From Vicugna vicugna (Eukaryota), in the NCBI GenBank assembly GCA_013265495.1, contig MU062841.1, forward strand, positions 7,899,786-7,963,785: 64,000 bases of DNA. Reading direction: 5' to 3'. The notes below the pieces were generated by a model that saw only the letters and a list, made by a program, of their open reading frames with translations, made no database searches and was not told the origin of the DNA. A program made the position numbers and the translations under genes. Positions 58,889 to 64,000 of the stretch are shown here, piece by piece; position 1 is the stretch's first letter; every line of letters begins with the position of its first letter.

Positions 58889-60974
58889 CTGCAAGTGGAG
58901 AGATGGGCACGTGAGTTGATGGAACATGACGTTATGTATAATTTATGATTTCTAAGCCACCTAAGATCTTAATCGTTTATGGGGAAACATACATATGCAT
59001 GAGAACAATTAAAACAAGAAACAAGAAGTGAGGAGAAAAAAGAGACACCAGTGGAGTCAGAGTCGTTACTGAAACCCAACACCCTGAGGCTGTGGGGCAA
59101 CTGACCTAAGGAACAATTGGCTTAAAAGGCAGCTCCTCATGCAGTGTTTCTGCATCCGGTCAAGTGTCCTGTTCTTTTTCTGACATCCCGTTGGCATTTT
59201 TAGGATTTTGCAACAAATTTATTTGGGGGGATTCTGTAACAATTTTAGGATTCTGCAAACCATTTGTGACTTCACATTATATTTCTATTAAATACTTCTC
59301 AAATTTGCAGCATTTTAAGAATAATACATTCATTAATTGACCAAACCTTAAAGTTTTATGTTTCCAACTTTATAAACCTTTGGGTTTTATGTAAAATTCA
59401 TCAGATCTATCTCTTTTGCTATTCGTGCCTCTGGATTGTTGTGGCTTTTTCACTCCACATGTCTGTAAATTCCTAATGTGATTATTAACCAAATTAACAC
59501 AGTATCAACGTTTCTTTCTGTTGAGTGGGGAATTAATTAGATCTTGACAATAAGCATTAAGAAATAAGGCAGATGGATAAAAATGGTAATTGATTTCACT
59601 GCATTTCGTATTTCAGGGTATCTATTTCACAAAGTAATACAAAATGAATCACGGGCTCATTACAAAATATAATTATTTTTGAAGAAAGTCTTCAGGCAAA
59701 CTGGCTTGAAAATCCTTTTAAGTGTTCTGAATAAGACAAAATAAGGGGGGAAAAGCCACCAGTATGTAAAAATAATCCTATCATTCATAAAATGCTATAG
59801 ATTGGATAAGCACTTATTAGAGATAAAAATTAAATCAAAATTAGAAAAATTATTTTTTTAATCCTCACAATGTCAAAGAGATGACATAAAAGAATAGGAC
59901 ATCCAAGTGGATACAAAAAATAAAATCAAAAGGGAAAAGTGAATTTTAAATATTCTGGTCTCTGGATGGAGTGGTTTCAGGCAAGCCGCCTCTGAACCCA
60001 TCCTGACTATAGAAGGCTCATTATTGGAAAGAAAGCTGTTTTCCTAGCAGAGAACTTTTTCCTAGAAAAGCAATTTACTATGCATTTGAGCCTCACGCAA
60101 GGGATACTAAATAACGCCATGAACACCAGCATGAACCGTCCATTGTGGTTGTAGAGAAATGCAAAAACTTTTTCATGACTATTCCCCTGAATGAATAAAA
60201 GCCAAGGGCATGCTCTTCATGCTACCTAAGTGCAGCTGTCTCTAGAGTCCAGCTTTCCAGAAGAACGGACAGAGCCCAGCATTCCCAGCCCCCCTGAGTC
60301 TTCCCTTCTAGGTGGTCCCAGGAGCAGGGAAAGTGTCTCTGGGATGTGGGTCACTAGGACGTCTGTCTTCCCTCACCAGTGACCAAGTTCACCCACCCAC
60401 TCAGTCCTAAACTGACACCCAGCCGCAGGGTGACAGCCGCAGAAACAAAAGGAATATTCTCACTGTAATTTCCCCGCATCTGTGGTCCAGAAGGACCAGC
60501 CAGTGGGGGAGCGTGCGTGTGCCCGTCTCGTCAAGTCCACATGGGGAAGCCTGACATCTGCACCCCCAGCTGTGCTACTGCAGCCCAGGCTTCCCGTTTT
60601 GCTAATCATCCAAGTACAGCATCATGAAGGAAAACACTTGCTCACATGGAGTTCTGCATTTGGAAGAGGAGGGAGCGACTGAAAGGGCAGTAATACAGAA
60701 AAGGTTTTCTGAAAAGTTAAGTTATGCAGTGTATATAAATATCAAATCCTGGGCACCTGAAACTAATATAATGTTATAGGCCAATTATAGCTCAATTTAA
60801 AAAAACCTGATTTATGCTAAAATCTCTGTCTCCCTGGACAGAGCACTAACAAGCGGGGCCGGGGCCCACGATCAGGCAGGAGAGGAGCCTCCCAGGGGAA
60901 GGGGTCAGGCTTTTGGTCTTCCCTTGTGTCCTCCACACTGAGGAAGGGGGACTGGGTCTGGGTTTTGCACCCTT

Positions 60975-61140
60975 AGACCAGTGTTCCCTAAACCTCTGAT
61001 AGGAATGAGCTGGAGCACTTAGGGAAAATACAAGTTCCTTGGCTCCAGCCAGGTTACCCCTGCAGGAACCTGGCTGTCCAGGGAAGGGGTCTGAGTAGCT
61101 CTGTTTTTAACAAGAGCTACAGGTGATTTTTATCCTCAAG
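60975..61140. mobile_element. hAT MITE (MER5-like)
   Basis: ccagtgttccctaaac...aaaatacaagttccttggctccagcc...ctgtttttaacaagagctacaggtgatt. Confidence 0.55.
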
Positions 61141-62074
61141 GAAGCTGGAGAGAGATTCCCATTAGACATTATCAGATGATCTAGAAAAACATAGAAGTGA
61201 CCCCCTACAGCCAGCATTGCTCCTCCGGGATGACACAGAAATGACTCCAGGACATCCCACAGCTTGAAGGGGACAACAGAGGGACCAAGGATCAGATCTC
61301 TGGGTGCAAAGGATGGGGGAAGGGGTCTGGGGAGGCAGAGGTGCTCTGGTCAGGACACAGAGCAGCCTATGGTGGCCAAGCAGTGACCTTCAGAAAGCAC
61401 TGTGTGTCCCTGAGACCTATAGGAGTGAGAAAGTGAGGAAAGCAAGGTGGAGAGAGACAGAGGTGAGGACTGGGAGACAAGAGAAGGTGGTAGAGCTTTC
61501 CAACTAGGGACAAGGAAAAGCCACTGTGAGTCATCTGCTTGGCATGTCTCGGGTCCAGGCGAGTACGCAGACAAGAAGGGTCCCATCTCCAAATCTGTCT
61601 GCTCAGCTCTGGGGATGGACCGATGTCACTGCAGGTTGCCCTTGGGACCCCAACCAGAAATGCAAGGATGTTGGGACAGCGCCGTGGGCTCAGCTGGCCA
61701 CACCCTCAGTGGCTGCAGCCCTGGTCACCATGGTCAGGCCTCTGCAGGGGAAGTGGCTGCTCCTTGTGGAGAGAGGCACTGAGACCCGGGAAGGGAGCTG
61801 CGTGTCCTGCCAACCCCATTCTTAGGTCGGCACCATGGGAGGAGGTCTAACTCCTGCATTCCTCAGGCCTGGGGCTCTGGGCTAGACAGGACCAGCCTGC
61901 CAGCAGCTGTGTGCCCAGGAAACTACCCACAGTACTGGGATTTCCACATGAATAACTAAGTCTGGGGCCACCAGGGAGTTCTATTTTATTCTTATAAAAT
62001 TAAAAAATCTAATGGTATTTAAAGAAAAGGCAAAAAAGAAAGACAAGATGGAAAGAAAAGCCAGTTAATATTGA

Positions 62075-62275
62075 GCTAACATTTAGTTACTAGCCAGCTA
62101 ATATTTACTGATTATTTGCCACCTGCCAGGTTTTGCACGCGAGCTCTCATTTAGGATCACGATGATTCTATGGGGAGGGTGCCCACAGTGGGAAATGGAC
62201 CTCAGAGAGGCCAAGGATCTACCTTGGGTTACACAGTGAGTAAGGGGCAGATCTGAGACTTGAAGTTAGTTTTAA
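62075..62275 (-). mobile_element. MIR
   Basis: atatttactgattatttgccacctgccagg...cccacagtgggaaatggacctcagagagg...ttgggttacacagtgagtaagggg. Confidence 0.65.
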
Positions 62276-62333
62276 GTGACACAGATAACCTCCCACTTAA
62301 CCATTACACTCTTTTCCTAAAAGTAACAGTTTC

Positions 62334-62846
62334 TGATGGGACTCCCAGTGATCTCCACCATGATCTTCACGCCCCTGTGTGATCTCCTTCCTGTAAGCAT
62401 GGGTGGGACCTGCGACTTGCTTTTAACCAACAGAATATGGTGAAGGTGACAAGATGTCACTTGTGCAAACAGATTACAGGGGACTGAGACTTCTTTCTTG
62501 CTCGCAGACTCTCTCTTGCTGGCTTTGATGAAGCAGGTTGCCATCTCAGGGAGTTCCACCCTGCAGGAATTGAGGGTGACCTCCAGCAAGAGAGGAATGG
62601 AAGCCCTTAGCACAACACGCCTCAAAAACTGAAATTCTGCCAACGACCACTGAGAATCTTATCTTTCCGCACTCAAGCCTTCAGATACGACCCCAGTCTT
62701 GGCTGGCACCTTGATGACACCTTCTCAGAGACCTTGAAGCAGAGGCCACAGCTAAGCCATTCCCAGGCTCTTGACCTACAGAAATGTGTTTTGTTTTAAG
62801 CCACTATGTTGGTGGCACTTTATCACCCAGTGATAGGTAACTAACA
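62334..62846 (+). mobile_element. MaLR solo LTR (MLT1E/F-like)
   Basis: gacttgcttttaaccaacagaatatgg...gctggctttgatgaagcag...gttttaagccactatgttgg...aactaaca. Confidence 0.82.
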
Positions 62847-64000
62847 TATTGACCTTCACAGAAAATTCACTGCACACCGAGTAGATTGTATATGTTCTCA
62901 TTTACCCTCTGGACGGGGCTGTGAGTGGGTATCATTATCTACATAGAAAACTGGGGGTCACAGGTTGATTTCAGGCAACTTGGAAAACAAATCTTTCCAT
63001 TTTTATGGGCAAAATCAGAGTACAAACCTCACCATGAAATTCAGAAAAGCAGACCCCAACTCTGAAAGCACTGCCCTACCTGAGAAAGTAAAAGAGCTGG
63101 AACTAGGACACAGAAGTCAGTTCCTGTATGTGTGCAAATCAGTATAAATAGAAAAATTCAAGAGAGGCAGAACTTTCCAAGCCAAGAGGCCACCTCTCCT
63201 TCCCAGCAGGGAAAAGCTGAAGAGAGTGTATATCAAGAGAACAGAAACTACCTTCATACCCAATTTTATTCTCCTTTCTTTAGTGTTTGATGCTTAGGGA
63301 GTATATTTCAAATATACTCCCATTCCTTCTTCAGTGCTTTAAATAGAAAGCAGATGTTTCCGGATGGCAAAACGTTTCTTTAGGCAGACAATATAACCCA
63401 CTGTTCCCTTGCATAGTCTTTTTAGAGCTGAATAAACACCAATTGCTGCTCATTGAACACATTTTGGAACCTGACAGTAATTGTCCCCAAGAATAATCAG
63501 ACACTGTGGAACACATGTATGTTTGGAATATGAAAACCACTCGGCAGAGACCACTCCTGCTTTGAACGATTTCTGGCTTTGTGTGAAATGATTCTGCAAA
63601 GAACTGGCATGATTACTTTTTGCAGGAAAAATTTAAAAAAGAAAAATAATATTTTATCATAATCCTTCACTTGCAATGCTCACCAGACTTTTCCTGATGT
63701 GAACATGTAAAAACCTCACGATTCTTATTATTCCTACTTCTATTTGATTTGAATTAAAACAAACCATTCAAACATTATTTTACAGTCATTTAAAGTGTTT
63801 CAGAGTCTCACAGGATGCCCTAATTAGTTTATCTGTGTTGAGTCTTGAATCCTTCCAAACATCATTCCTACAGCACCAAGAGAAAGGCCTGCCCCCAACC
63901 TCGAGGGGCACGGCATTGCCCCCCCTCAAGTTTCAGAGGCCTTCCCTGGCTCTATGCCCCACAGAACCAGCTCCAGGTGCATCAGAATAAGCCACAGGCC

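Noticed and set aside
1-64000. CRISPR arrays, rRNA, intact transposase or RT ORFs, operon-like systems
   Set aside because: None seen. The DNA is a spliced mammalian locus, and all transposon coding sequence is frameshifted and decayed.

Overview
Mammalian genomic DNA. It is almost certainly camelid (Camelus/Vicugna), because it carries six copies of the camelid tRNA-Ala-derived Vic-1 SINE. It holds two convergent, tail-to-tail genes. On +, the 3' eight coding exons of WHAMM run 429-11257, with the 3'UTR to about 11.9 kb. On -, coding exons 2-9 of HOMER2 run 58888-25993; exon 1 lies beyond 64000. All 16 exons have canonical AG/GT ends and chain in frame. The rest is intron, UTR and intergenic sequence with old L1/L2/MIR, MaLR/ERV LTR and Tigger/hAT fossils, plus two N gaps. 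I found no prokaryote-type systems, CRISPR array, rRNA or true tRNA genes. The best leads concern RNA processing. HOMER2 introns 5 and 6 have the architecture for Homer1a-like short isoforms: an immediate stop, a cryptic GTAAGT abutting a UG repeat, intronic AATAAA signals and a 62-aa read-through tail with FPPPPP. HOMER2 also has a probable ~4.8 kb 3'UTR ending at a bidirectional poly(A) element. In WHAMM, the first WH2 motif is degenerate, a rearranged SINE sits in the 3'UTR, and an orphan in-frame 87-nt exon lies downstream. Exon numbers assume orthology to human gene structures. Repeat family names come from recall of consensus sequences, and repeat boundaries are approximate (about +/-30 nt) unless TSDs are given.
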